From: Octopus bimaculoides
Taxonomy: Eukaryota
Direction: 5' to 3'
Assembly: GCF_001194135.2 (NCBI RefSeq)
Contig: NC_068984.1
Span: 104,972,531-105,036,530, forward strand
DNA: 64,000 bases
The notes under the pieces are model-generated. The model was not told the DNA's origin and did no database searches. It saw nothing but the letters and a program-made list of their open reading frames with translations. Shown here piece by piece: positions 11,630 to 24,878 of the stretch. A program made the translations under genes and the position numbers. How positions within the stretch are numbered: position 1 is the first letter of the stretch; each line of letters starts with the position of its first letter.

Positions 11630-13395
11630 TGTTGAAAAAATGTTAGTATATGAAAGTTAACAAATGCTTGAAAAGCACTGTTGTAGAACCCTCAGAAACC
11701 ATATCAATGCTAAAAATTGTGATTGGGGGCTTATTACAGATCAATGCTTTTGTTTCACTTCTATATTGGTATAAGTGTTATAAAATATAGGTATAAGTGT
11801 TATAAAATTAAACCTCAGTCAACTGTTAAAAGCTGATACAAGCCAATTTGATTAAAGATCTTAATTTAGAAATTAAATTTTGCTTTGATGACAATACACA
11901 CAAACACACTCACATACATACATACTTTGAGTGAACATGTTGAGGAAGTCTGAAGGATATCTCACTAGTTCACAAGGAGACAGAAATACCAAAATTACAC
12001 CATGCTTCTCTGTGGTTAACTTAAAACTGTATGCCAAGAATATATATGAGATGAAAAAGAGCCTTGACCTGGTTACAGCATTTTCAAAGGATATAGAATG
12101 GGAGTTTTGTCAGGACAAATGTTCCTATATAGTTGTGAAAAAAGGGAAAACTGTGAACTAGACTAGCAGCAGCTACATCAATGACTTAATTGTTTTTCCT
12201 GTATCTGATCAGGGAAGTTACAGATACCTAGGGGTAGATGAAAACAATCTTACGATGGTACCTGTAACAAAGCACATGTCACTAAAGAATATTACAGCTG
12301 GATAAAGAAAGTATGTACTTCCACAACATTCCTTCGTATAACCTTGAATGCATGCACAGAGAAGTTGCATGACTCTACTGCAATGTATCATCAAATGAAA
12401 GATGAGCGTATATCAACAGAAGACCATGCATGAATATGTTAGTAAAAAGCTCCAGGATGGCAGTAACATTGATCATCAAAGCAGTCTATCAGCAACAACT
12501 GGATTACTAAGTCTCATTTTGAAGGGTATGCATTTGAAATTCAGGAACAGGAAATAGAAGCCAAATACCTGATGCACAATGTGACAGAGACACAAGAAAA
12601 ACACCAACATGTGATAACCGACGCAGACTTTGATGCATTAACATTGAAGGTGTCATCTACATCCAAAGATGTCATCACATTACGATTTTCCGATGAGATA
12701 TAATGTAGTCAAAATGCTGAATAATGAGATCCATTGGAAGAATAATCTTGGGGCCAAAGAAAAAAGAACACACAGTATGGTAGAGGCCATAGCCACTTGT
12801 AATATGAAAGAGTATTGGTGGAATGTCTCTGTGAAAATTTCAATGAAATGTAAACATAATACATAGTGATTTGGGACAGAGGAAAGAAATTATGTATGAT
12901 AGTGGAAATCAGCTGCACAATGGTTGTCAACATAAAGCTAAAAATCAGTGAAAAAGAAAACACATACACTGAATTATTGAGAAATTTAGTTACTCAACCC
13001 AGATTACAAATTCAAGTTTATACCTGTAATTATTGGGGCACTGAGATATGTAACAAACTGCCTAAACACCTATCTTGAGAAATTAGGTTTCTTAAAACCA
13101 GAGAAGAGAAATCTAATTAGAAAATTACAGATTCAAGCCATCACTAGAACTGAAAAAATTTGTAAAACTTTTCAGAAGTTTACCATTTAAGTATATATGC
13201 ATACAACTATATGCATGAAAATACATACATAATACAAAACATACAAATCTGCACATGCACTGACTTCAAATACTGCACACATACACACAAATACTCTGTT
13301 TATGTTGTTGAAATTCCAATGCAGGAGTTCTAGATCTAGTTAGAAACTGACACTTACCCTATTGGCAAGAAATCTTGAAATAAAACTGAATAATA
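11630..13395 (+). mobile_element. Decayed 3' part of an R4/Dong-like (RLE-endonuclease) non-LTR retrotransposon
   Basis: Fragments NLKLYAKN (YMDDLKLY-like RT motif), FCQDKCSY, SYRYLGVDEN, MSSHYDFPMRYNVVK and IWDRGKKLCMIVEISC...KISEKENTYTELLRNL (restriction-like endonuclease region), ending KICKTFQKFTI*; many frameshifts and stops. Confidence 0.75.
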
Positions 13396-13624
13396 ACATA
13401 TATACATAAACGTGGAGGCATGTGGTTTAGTGGTTAGGGTGTTGCAGTCATGATCATAAGATTATGGTTTTGATTTCTGGACTTGGTGATGCATTGTGTT
13501 CTTGAGCAAACACTTCATTTCATGCTGCTTCACTCTACTCAACTGGCAAAAATGAGTAATCCTGTGATGGATTTGTGTGAATTTCAGGAGGAAATGCTAC
13601 AGAATCTAGGAAACCAGCCTTATA

Positions 13625-14847
13625 TTAGGTTGTTTCACATGAAATGTTGTATTTGAAAGGTAACAATAAAATGTTTCAGAAGTGTTAGAGAACTGATTTA
13701 TTTAATCAAAGTATGATCCATGTTCATTTATGACATTTGCCCAACGTTTCTCTAAGTCATATATTCCATCNNNNNNNNNNTAATCAAAGTATGATCCATG
13801 TTCATTTATGACATTTGCCCAACATTTCTCTAAGTCATATATTCCATCTTTAAAAAAAATTCATCTTTTGCTGTGATAAACTGTCCGAATGCTTTAATTA
13901 CCTCTTCTCTATTTAAGAATGTTTTATTGCTTATGAAATAAGCGATGATCAGCAGGAGAGATATCAGGGGAATAGGGAGGATGTTGCAAAATCTCACAAT
14001 TCAGGCTTTGCAACTTTTGGACCGTAGCTTGAGGAGTGTGAGGACATGCATTGTCTTGGAGCAAAACTGGGCCATCTCTATTCACTAGTCTGAGTTGCTT
14101 CTTTTACAAATTTTCATACATTCAATCAATTTCCTGGCAATACGATGTTGATGTTACCGTTTTCCCTTGTTGCAAAAATGAATAATGAATAACTCCCTTC
14201 ACAGACCACCATACAGTGACCACTAACTTTTTAGGGTGCAATGGTAGGTTTGGTTAGTGTTTAGGTGACTCTCCTGCATCTAATCAATCTTGTTCTCCTG
14301 TTGTTATCAAAGAGTATCCATTTCTCATCACAAGTAATGATTTAATGCAAAAATGGTCTTTTTCCAGTTGAGAAAGCAATAAGGAACACACTTCGAGGCG
14401 TCTGTTTTTTTTTAAATCTCGTTCAGTTGATGTGGAACAAACCTATCTGTTTTCTTGACTTTTCCAATTTTTTATAGGTGTCCAAAAACAGTTGTGTGAG
14501 ATGTTTGGAGTTCTGATGAAAGTTTTCAAACCTTTGTTCTTAGATTTTGTACAACCAAAGCATTTAATCCATCATGCCGAATAACTGATTTTGGCCTACT
14601 CATTGGTTTATTTTCAAGGCTATCATCTCCTGAAAAATTGGAACCATCTCTGAAAAATTCTGATGTCAACAAAACCATTACCAAAGGCCCACTAGAAATT
14701 CCATAGAGCTTCTGTGGTAGAGTGACCCAGTTTGTACTCATATGGGAAAGAAAAAGGGTCAAGATTAAATGCAAGGTATACATAATTGAGTTTTTAAATG
14801 ACTGAAATAACAAGTAAAAATGTGACATTTCATGTGAAACAACCTAA
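13625..14847 (-). mobile_element. Full-length mariner (cecropia-like termini) with inactivated transposase
   Basis: Perfect 23-bp TIRs TTAGGTTGTTTCACATGAAATGT / ACATTTCATGTGAAACAACCTAA with TA on both sides. Minus-strand fragments SGDDSLENKPMSRPKSVI, LQDNACPH and QHPPYSPDISPAD. Confidence 0.92.
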
Positions 14848-14986
14848 TATAACTATAGATCAGGAAGGCCTTTCATCCTATTATATATAAACAACCTTTG
14901 AAAGCATCAAATGTGTTTTGCATTTTATAGACAAGAAAGTTAATTTTGAACACAGTATGTGTGTGTGTTTGTATATGTTTGTGAGT

Positions 14987-15019
<33 letters not shown>

Positions 15020-15147
15020 GGTGAAGNNNNNNNNNNNNNNNNNNNNNNNNNNNNNNNNNNNNNNNNNNNNNNNNNNNNNNNNNNNNNNNNNNNNNNNNNN
15101 NNNNNNNNNNNNNNNNNNNNNNNNNNNNNNNNNNNNNNNNNNNNNNN

Positions 15148-15193
<46 letters not shown>

Positions 15194-15629
15194 GCATATA
15201 TGGGTACAGAATGTCACCAACAGTGCAAATAACATACACACAAGAGATAGATACAAGACATGGACATATATATACATAATTAACAGAAGATCACTTTTAT
15301 TAAATTGATTTATAAATATAATTATCTTGTGAAAAAAAAATTAAAATTATATTGTGAACAAAAATTAAAATTGGAGGGACATGAGAATAATACATATTTT
15401 TTCAAATAGTCTGTCCATTAAGTAGTCCAGTAAATCAATAAAAATAAAAGGGAAGTAGAAAGTATGCACACATATACACAAACATTTTGATACACATGCA
15501 CATACATGCATACCTCTACATAACACACACACACACACATATACAGATATATGTTTGTGTCTCCTTTTCCTAATGTAAATGAATGTCACTGTTATATAAG
15601 CAGTGTCATTCATTTGCACTAGTCTGTGA

Positions 15630-15780
15630 GAACATGTTTGGCTGTGAGGAAATATTTTCTTGCTTGGTAACAGGTGGGTGTTGGTGACAGGAAAGGTATT
15701 CAGACAGAGAAAATTTGCCTCAAATATACTCTATTTGACCCGTGGAAGCAAGGAAAAGTAGACATTAAATGATGATGATG
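15630..15780 (+). mobile_element. RTE-type 3' tail fragment ending in (ATG)n
   Basis: The ...GCA(A/T)GGAAAA(G/T)(T/G)GACATTAAATGATGATGATG tail is shared with 41830-42010, 55860-55932 and 56530-56670, and in reverse with 25190-25370, 36900-37020 and 47930-48030. Confidence 0.65.
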
Positions 15781-16761
15781 ATATATATTTATATATATAC
15801 ATGCATGCAAGTGTATATATATGTGTGTGTGTGTGTGTTTGTTTGTGTGTAGGTATGCATATAAATGAAAATCAAATTTTTAGGATTATCCTAAATTTTC
15901 CAACACCAGATATACAATTATGGTTTCATCTATTCTTACAACATTCTGACCGTGTGGATTTAATTTACTATCTTATTCATACCTCACGGGTGGCCCAGGT
16001 ATGGAGTAATGTGTAATTTGGACACTTGGTTTACAAAACGTTCTAATTTGTAAAAATCTATCAGAAGACAACTTCACGGAATACTGAGCTAAGTTTGAAA
16101 ATGGAAATTACAGTAATTTTAGCAGATAAGCATTTTCTAACCAGAGAGTTTTAGACTCTATGAGTGAAGAGGAGTGCTGTTGTTGTATTTGTGAATAAGT
16201 GGCACATACAAACTTGTTTTGCTTGGCAAGCAGTTCATATCACTTACTGTGTTCCATTATGAACTATTTTAAGACACAAAGTGTCCCACATGTTGTTGAG
16301 CTTTCTAATATAGAAGTCAGTCATTTTTTTAAGCCACACATTTGCTATTTTTATATTGTAAGCCAATAAAGAACCAATTACATGCCTAACAATATCAGAA
16401 CCGACTGACAATAAAATTCGTTATAGAAATAGCTAATTTCTTTGCCATTATATAAGTATAATGGATGTATACTTTTCTTGGCATTTTACTAGAATGAAAT
16501 AATTTTCAATACTAATAAAACTATTATTTTCCACTCTACCTACTCAGTTCTTGCATATTAAGAGTGGGTAATTTTTGGACACTGCTTTAAGGCTTTCAAA
16601 AATTAGAAATGTAGTTTGGCTATTGTTATGTTCATCTTCAAGACTCTTCAAATCAAGCTCCCTCTTCCATAGTAAAATCTTTTCTGCAACCCTTGGAGAG
16701 ACTGACTTGCAATGAAAAACAAAATCCCTATGGATCAGAAGCCTTTTCACTCTTCTTGTAC

Positions 16762-16958
16762 AAACCCACCCAAGAATACCCTGGTTCTATGACACAAACT
16801 TCTTGCTTTAAAATTATCTTAATTATAACCTTCCATCAAAATTTCATGCTAATCTATGTTCAAAACACCAGCTTAATAATGACAAAGTTATTTTAGTAAA
16901 GTCTTCATTATTTTAGAAACAGTGTATTTCAACAGAAATATAGTAACAAAAGGGTTAA
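16762..16958 (-). mobile_element. piggyBac-type MITE (family P2), best-preserved copy
   Basis: Ends GTAACAAAAGGGTTAA; internal AATAATGACAAAGTTATTTTA(C/G)TAAA shared with 11480-11520 and 33050-33080. Confidence 0.7.
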
Positions 16959-18814
16959 TGTGCAATTTTCTCCTCATTTTACTGCTACTGAATGTAGCAC
17001 TATTTCTTCAGATTTTTTATACATAGTCCTTTGCAAGATAATCTTTTGTCTTTCCTTTTTTTTATTTGTTTCAGTCATTAGATGCACCCATGCCTTGAAG
17101 GGTTTAGTTAAACAAATTGACCCCAGTGCTTAATTTTTAAGAGTGGTACTTATTCTATCAGTCCCTTTTTGCTGAATCACTAAGCTACAGGGACATAAGC
17201 AAACCAACAGTGCTTACCCAGTGGTGGTGGGGACAAAGACAAAAACACACACACACATATATGTTTGTATATTATGTATATATGTATGTATCATTCAACC
17301 ACTACCATGGTTGAATATATTCTTAAGTCCACCATTTTGTCAATCACAGCAGCTTCCAAGCCTCACCACTATTTCAGTTCAGTTCTCAACTAAATTGCAA
17401 ACTGTTAATAGTTTTAAAGAAGACACCTCCTCAGCTACACTTTGGCATAAATACTTTGAGATTTGGTTCAGTAGAAAAAAAGTTACATCAAAATATCTGC
17501 GACCTCAAGGGGGGCAGTAAGGTAGATATTCATCTTCAATTAACATAAATTTCTTAATTTTAAATTAAAAGTATACTTTTCTTAGGCTTAAATGATAGAA
17601 AAAAACATGAGAAATTCAGAATCTTTGATCGCATTGAACAAAAATTAGTAGAAAAGCAGTTATGAAGTAAAATGTTATGAAACTTAATGTCAGGAAGTAA
17701 GGGAGTAATGCTTAAGCAATAAGAATAAGGAATATATTTCTAAAATGAATGTTTACATTCTAAGTCTGCGAACTGGCAGAAACGTTAGTTGAGTTCAAAT
17801 TTCGCCAAGGTTGACTTGGACGTACAGATTATTTAATTAATTTTTTTTAACTAAACACTTTCAAACATCCGATACTGGTAGAATGTGTCACATAGAACAG
17901 GGTTTATTCTTAATGTTTCAGACAAAATTTTGTATTTTAGAAGTCATTTCATCTGAAGTTAAAGAGTGACAATGGATAAATTTGTGGTTGATAAGTGCCA
18001 ATACACAAAACTCTCAGCTTTTGACTTACTCTCTAGCTTCTGCCGATGATATATATACATATTACATATATGTGTAAAAAAATCTCATCATGTAATCGAA
18101 CCAATGAAAGAGCTCTACCTAGTCACTCAACACGTTAAAAATAGCAGCCAAAGTATCCCCCTACCTAAATCACATGTCCATTGTATGTAATGTCCTAGAT
18201 TATCTCTAATCTAGAACGGTTTGCTGAAGGCTGGAATGTCTTTGATGATACATTTGCAATATCAGGTTTATTTGAGGCTAGTAACAACAACATTATGGTC
18301 AATTTCTATATTAACACCCACACCATTTTCACTAAGAAAGAAAAAAAAAAAAAAATTTGATTTTTTGCATGGAATCAAGTACCCTGACCTCCTAATATGC
18401 TGCAAATCCCTTATTTTAGTTCAGAAAAAACGAGGTGGTGGGGTGCCCCCCCCCCCAATATTGGAATAATTGGAAATTATTGTTTTCGTTGAATGAATTC
18501 CTGTGACTTCCTAATATTGCAAAATTAGGTTACTTAAGTTAAGTCTGGTAATTGATGGTTTTGGAGTCTTGTTGCTTATAACTTTTGGTGAGCTATGGTG
18601 CAACCAACAATTTGGTAAAAATCCCTGCCATTAATTTGGTGTGTATGGAGTAATATCAAATAATTCAATCGCAACATATATTTAAATTANNNNNNNNNNN
18701 NNNNNNNNNNNNNNNNNNNNNNNNNNNNNNNNNNNNNNNNNNNNNNNNNNNNNNNNNNNNNNNNNNNNNNNNNNNNNNNNNTTATAACAGCAATGCTTGG
18801 AAAAATCATGGATT

Positions 18815-19300
18815 ACATAGAAAAATGTGAGTATGAAAAGTAATATTCTTAAGATTATAAACCTGGAAAAGTACAGGACAAGTTATTACACTTGGAAAAG
18901 TATAGGAGAAGCTATTACTTCTAGTAAAGTAAAGAATAAGAAACTTTTTACTTAAAATATTGCAGCTAAAATTAAAATTTGAATATTAAAACTTATTTTA
19001 TTATAGTTTACAAATAACACTATACTTATTTAAGTAGAATTTGGCTAATTTACTACCTTAAATACAGAAAAAAGTGACTAATTACACAAACTTACTAATT
19101 AGCTGAACAGTTTTGTACAATAAATTTAAAAGATGAGAACTGTAAAGAGTGATAAATTAGAAGAACTGGCATTCTTTGCTGCAATATTTTAAGTAAGAAG
19201 TTTCTTATTCTTTACTTTACTAGAAGTAATAGCTTCTCCTATACTTTTCCAGGTTTATAATCTTAAGAATATTACTTTTCATACTTGCATTTTTCCATGT
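18815..19300. mobile_element. Foldback/MITE-like element with ~123-bp terminal inverted repeats
   Basis: Right arm 19178-19300 is the reverse complement of left arm 18815-18966, apart from a few substitutions and a 29-bp extra tandem unit in the left arm; spacer about 211 bp. Confidence 0.8.
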
Positions 19301-19356
19301 CATATATATATATATATATATATTTAATTTTTTTGAGTGGAATCCCAAATATATAA

Positions 19357-19409
<53 letters not shown>

Positions 19410-20839
19410 TAAACACACACATGTGTGTGTATGCATGGATGTATGCATGTGTGTGTGAGGTCACTGTTGTGTGCCACTGGTAACATGTAACCCAGTACAA
19501 CCTGTTGCATGGTCAGACTATCAGTGACTGAACTGGCAACACCATCAAGCTTGCTTGGTGAGTAGGGTGATTGTTGGACACCTGTAGGACAAAAAATAAG
19601 ATCTGTCAAAGGGCAGAAGAGCTCTTGAGCAATCAACGACCATCCAACAATTTGTGTACATGTGTATGTATGCATGTATGTATGCATGAAGATGTGGAAA
19701 TACCTGGATTCCATCAACTAAATCTACTCACAAGTCTTTGGTTGGCCTGGGGTTATAGTAGAATACACTTGTCCAAAGTGCCACACAGTGAGAATATACC
19801 TGAAACTGTGTGGTTGAGAAGCAAGTTTCTTACCACACAGCCACACAAAAGGACTTATACCATATTATTCAGCATTGCAGATGCACCTTCTTTGTAAAAA
19901 CATAAAAAAGTACCTTAAAAATTACCATGCAACTTCTGCAATGCTGTTTGAGAAATGCAGAGTAGTTAAAGTGAAGAGCAGCAAACCACCAGGCAGGAAG
20001 CCACTGTTTGGTAACTTTGCTGAATGACAGACATGAACACACAACTGATTTGCTTGCCAATTTTGTCTGACAACAGGCATTTAGCATGTGCCTGCTGGGC
20101 AGTGCTTGATCACGTGGACAGGACTTTGCTGAGTACAAACATTTTTTTATGTAAAATTACATGTTTAAAATCAGAGTGTTTCTTCCACAATGCAGTGCTA
20201 CCATACTACAAAATACAGTAATCATTCATGCAAACCTAACTTTCCTAATTTCCACCATTTAATAAAATATGGCAGCCAGTTATAAGCTGACTTTTTGTCA
20301 ACAAATGCAAAATAGAATGATTGATTCTTTCACTAAATATTTATTTTACACCTGATTCACCAAAATTCTGAAATCTTTTGAACCATTTACTGATACAAAA
20401 CTAAATTGCAATACAGTCATCTAAAATATAACCTCTCCAACATAATTGCTAGAACTTATTCAACCACCTTTATTTCAAGGTGCACTGTTATAAGTTTACT
20501 GCCTGCTTTGCATCTAACTCCACACTGTAGGTATATCTCCTTCAAAACTACCTTTCTACTCCATTCATTTGGACTAACCATCAATGTACTCAGATAACCT
20601 AAGTGAGAATGTAATTCTGGTTACTTCAAAATAACAAGTATACCACCCTTGACAATTCTCATTCCATTTCCCTTAAATGATACAACCCAATGCTTTACTT
20701 TATCGTCATCAACTGCTTCAATCTCTCTCTCTCTCTCACCCGAAATAGTGTATATCATGATCTTGCCCCCTAGAAAATTTTTTAGCAGTTACCAACTTGT
20801 AACAAATCATATGATGTATCATCAGCATTAACCTAGTAT

Positions 20840-21720
20840 CAGAAGGCCAACAAAAACCACCAATACAATCCCTTCCTTCGTATTAATCCAATAATAAAAG
20901 GAAAACAAGGACCTATATTGGAACATCACTGAGATATCATCTCCATACCTGCAAACTGACAATCAAGAATACAGAGAACATTTTTACATATTACACAGCC
21001 TGCAAATCCTCTCACTTTCCACACTGCTGCAAAGTCTTCTAGTCCCTTACTAAGAGTGTCTCCACTAAACTCTCCAACTTGTCATACGAAAATAACATTC
21101 ACAATTATGAAGCCCATCACATTTTCTATACATTTAATTTCCAACTCCATACTCCTACTACCCAACCCCAAAAAACACAACAAAATTATTCCTAAGTTCT
21201 TTTTCTTGACCTTTTTCACCAAGCGCATAGAGGAGCCAAAAGTGAAAACTTTTTCATTTGCTCCAACCTAACAAGATGACCAGTCTCAGAACACTTCAAT
21301 TATCCTAAAAGATTAAACCCCAGAAGTAGTTCCTATTCTTGCCAAATGCTTCAATTTTCCTCTATCATAATATTCCACTCTTTCTAAGGACCACTCCTCG
21401 CACCTTGCCATGCCCAGCCAATTATTGATATATTTCCTTTATTTCAATAGTGGAGACAGTAGTAAATAGATACCTCCTTCATTGCCATGCATCATTGTCT
21501 CTTCTCACTGACCACCAATATAGGTTTCTATAGAACCAAAGTTATGTCATGTATCAATGGTTTTTCACCGTAAAGAACTTTGGTAAAAGCAATACTGGAA
21601 TCATTATTACTAAACTGATCAAACAATTGACTTTAACAGATTGAGTGAAAGAAAAAACTTCTTTGGAATTGTGAAAAGTGAATAATGCTGTTAATACATC
21701 ACTTGCACTGTTACAAGTTG
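20840..21720 (+). mobile_element. Highly decayed LINE reverse-transcriptase fragment (CR1/Jockey/I-like)
   Basis: Residual motifs such as PEVVPILAKCFN and LLTDHQY(G)F; heavily frameshifted; clade uncertain. Confidence 0.4.
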
Positions 21721-22361
21721 GTAACTGCCAAAAAATACACTCCAGTGTTTCTACACACACAAAAGTCTAATAGCTCTCTCACCCTACTAGCTTTTGATCT
21801 ATCAGTTTCACTATCAAAGATAAAGAAATGGTTAACAATTGCCTCTTTATCAATTTGAACTTATTGCTCTCCTTAATAATCAAAAATTTTGTTTCCATAA
21901 AGCCAGTTAATGAAGAAACTTCTATATGGTTGCTCACGTTACTAGAAATATCAGCCTAATCTCTCTCTCTCTCTCTCTCTCATAACACATCTCATCATCA
22001 TAATTATGCAACATATAAGATTATATAGTATTACCTAAGATGGAGTGGTCACAGCTTGCTTTTTATTCATAGACCTTCTCAATCAAGGCTGATCTGGGCT
22101 AAACAACACCACCAACAAATAGCTCACATATGAAGCCTCACCACCACCACTAATGGTTTCATCTCTTAAAAAATGTTCCTTGAAAACTATATTCTTGTAC
22201 TAAATATCAACAAAACCTTTTTCACTATCTATAATTAAATGCCTTAGTTACGTTGCTTTCACTTAAGCCTCAACCATCTCTCATGGTCTGAATCAGAATT
22301 TTCTGTCACTGCAGAGTACTGACCAGGTACTCTTTGACTCATAATCTATCAGCTCATATAC

Positions 22362-22378
22362 CTGTTATCAGTAGTGCA
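22362..22378 (-). other. Candidate 17-nt non-coding micro-exon (TGCACTACTGATAACAG)
   Basis: Long polypyrimidine acceptor ccttttttttcccttgctcaatcgtttattttccttttattag immediately followed by CAG|GTATAT donor, on the same strand as the 10723-10828 exon. Confidence 0.4.
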
Positions 22379-23706
22379 CTAATAAAAGGAAAATAAACGA
22401 TTGAGCAAGGGAAAAAAAAGGAACAGTTTTGGCTTGCTATACATCATACTTTGACATTACAAATTTCAAAACATTCAAAAGAAATTGAATTGCAAAGAAA
22501 AAAAATTAACAATTTCATAAAAGAAAATATTTACTGCAGATAAAGTGCAATAAACAGCTGCTAAAGGCAACTATTGTGTGTTGTTAGTAAGAGAGTAATT
22601 GTTTCAAAGAAATGCCAAAACATAAATACAAAGCAGAAAAATAATTTAGAAATAATGATCATGATAATTAAAATGAAATTAATAGCTTCAAAAAATATTT
22701 CACTTCTTTAAATGTCAGAAATCTAACATAGCAAAAAGAGTTAATTAGTAAATGTTTAAAAGGTATCATTAAGATGGATGAGTTAGAAAGAAGGATTACT
22801 TTGTTCGATTTCTATCTGAAACCCTTAAAAGTTATATCTTATAAATGCAATAATACATACACACAACATTGCTGCATATGTGCAGACAAATTGATGTATC
22901 CTTAAGTTATAACATAATGTTCACTTTAATGGTGAATAATGTAAAATGTAAATGAGCTCAACAAAATATAACTCTAAATATCTTCATTGTTACACAATGC
23001 ATATATTGTGTCAAAGTATTCAAATGAAACCATTTTCTCACCACTGCCAAAAATTAAACATGCATAAATGCATATCTACGTGTGTGTGTGTGTGTATGTG
23101 TGTGTATATATANNNNNNNNNNNNNNNNNNNNNNNNNNNNNNNNNNNNNNNNNNNNNNNNNNNNNNNNNNNNNNNNNNNNNNNNNNNNNNNNNNNNNNNN
23201 NNNNNNNNNNNNNNNNNNNNNNNNNNNNNNNNNNNNNNNNNNNNNNNNNNNNNNNNNNNNNNNNNNNNNNNNNNNNNNNNNNNNNNNNNNNNNNNNNNNN
23301 NNNNNNNNNNNNNNNNNNNNNNNNNNNNNNNNNNNNNNNNNNNNNNNNNNNNNNNNNNNNNNNNNNNNNNNNNNNNNNNNNNNNNNNNNNNNNNNNNNNN
23401 NNNNNNNNNNNNNNNNNNNNNNNNNNNNNNNNNNNNNNNNNNNNNNNNNNNNNNNNNNNNNNNNNNNNNNNNNNNNNNNNNNNNNNNNNNNNNNNNNNNN
23501 NNNNNNNNNNNNNNNNNNNNNNNNNNNNNNNNNNNNNNNNNNNNNNNNNNNNNNNNNNNNNNNNNNNNNNNNNNNNNNNNNNNNNNNNNNNNNNNNNNNN
23601 NNNNNNNNNNNNNNNNNNNNNNNNNNNNNNNNNNNNNNNNNNNNNNNNNNNNNNNNNNNNNNNNNNNNNNNNNNNNNNNNNNNNNNNNNNNNNNNNNNNN
23701 NNNNNG

Positions 23707-24779
23707 ATGGATAAGTCGGAAATTTGTACAGTTTTGAAATATGAGTTCTTTCTTGGAAATACAGCATCACAGACAGCTCAGAATATTAATGGAGTATTTC
23801 ATTCTAATGTTATTACACAGCAGACAGTATCAAATTGGCTTGCAAAATTTCATTCTGGTAACTCTGACTTCACAAATGAGCAATGCAGTCAACCAGAAAC
23901 AAAGGTGGATAAGGATGAACTGAAAGCCACCACTGAGTCAGATCCATCTCAAAGTGCCTGTGAATTATTGTTGTTGCTTGGTGTTAGCAAGCAAACAATA
24001 TTGACTCACCTAGCTCAAATCAGTAAAGTTAAAAAGTTGGATAAGTGGGTTCTACATGAACTCAATGAAAATCAGAAACAGCAATGTTTGGAAGCCTACA
24101 TTATACTACTTTCTCGTCACAAAAATGGATCATTTTTGAATCGGATTGTAATATGTGATGAGAAATGGATCCAATACAACAACTGTAAATGTTCAGTACA
24201 ATGGTTGGACAAAGAAGAGCCACCAAAATACAGTCCAAAAAGCAAAATTCATCAAAAGAAGCTGATGGTGTGAGTTTGGTGGTCTGGCGCAGGTGTGATC
24301 CATTATGATTTCATTAAACCTGGTTCATCAATCATGGCCGAATTATACTGCAGCCAACTGGACCAAATGATGCAGAAACTTACAAAAAAAAAAAAAACAG
24401 CCTAGATTAGCCAACAAATCCACTCCTATTTTATTGCAAGACAATGCCAGACCACACATCGCAAAAATGATATTGGAGAAACTACAGAAGTTGGAGTTGG
24501 AAGTTTTCCATCATCCACCATACTCACCTGATCTTGTCCCTACTAACTACCACTTCTTCCAGAATTTGGATAACTTTTTGATAGGAAAAAAATTTAATTC
24601 CAAGGAATGCTGTAAAACAGGCCTTCCAAAATTTTATTGACTCTAGATTGCCTATGGCTGAAATGGTAAAAGTGTATTGACAATATGGTGCATACTTTGA
24701 TGAATAAAACTATTCCTTGTATTTATAAAACATTAGGAAACTTTTTTCTTTTCTACAAATTTCATACTTAACGACCTAA
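23707..24779 (+). mobile_element. Mariner (DD34D, Hsmar1/cecropia-like) with nearly complete but disrupted transposase; 5' TIR lost in the gap
   Basis: MDKSEICTVLKYEF...KWVLHEL...ICDEKW, stop at 24271, A-run frameshift, QDNARPH...HPPYSPDLVPTN (34-residue spacing, third Asp changed to Asn); 3' end ...AACGACCTAA|TA. Confidence 0.92.
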
Positions 24780-24825
24780 TATATGTATATATATTTATAT
24801 ATATATATGTGTATATATATATATA

Positions 24826-24878
<53 letters not shown>

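Noticed and set aside
16544-16750. Minus-strand ORF with SVSPRVAEKILLWKRELDLKSLEDEH
   Set aside because: No recognisable family, the stop precedes the nearest donor, and it abuts a MITE.
23707-24273. Possible domesticated SETMAR-like transposase gene
   Set aside because: In-frame stop at 24271, A-run frameshift, third catalytic Asp mutated, 3' TIR still present and no SET-domain exon seen.
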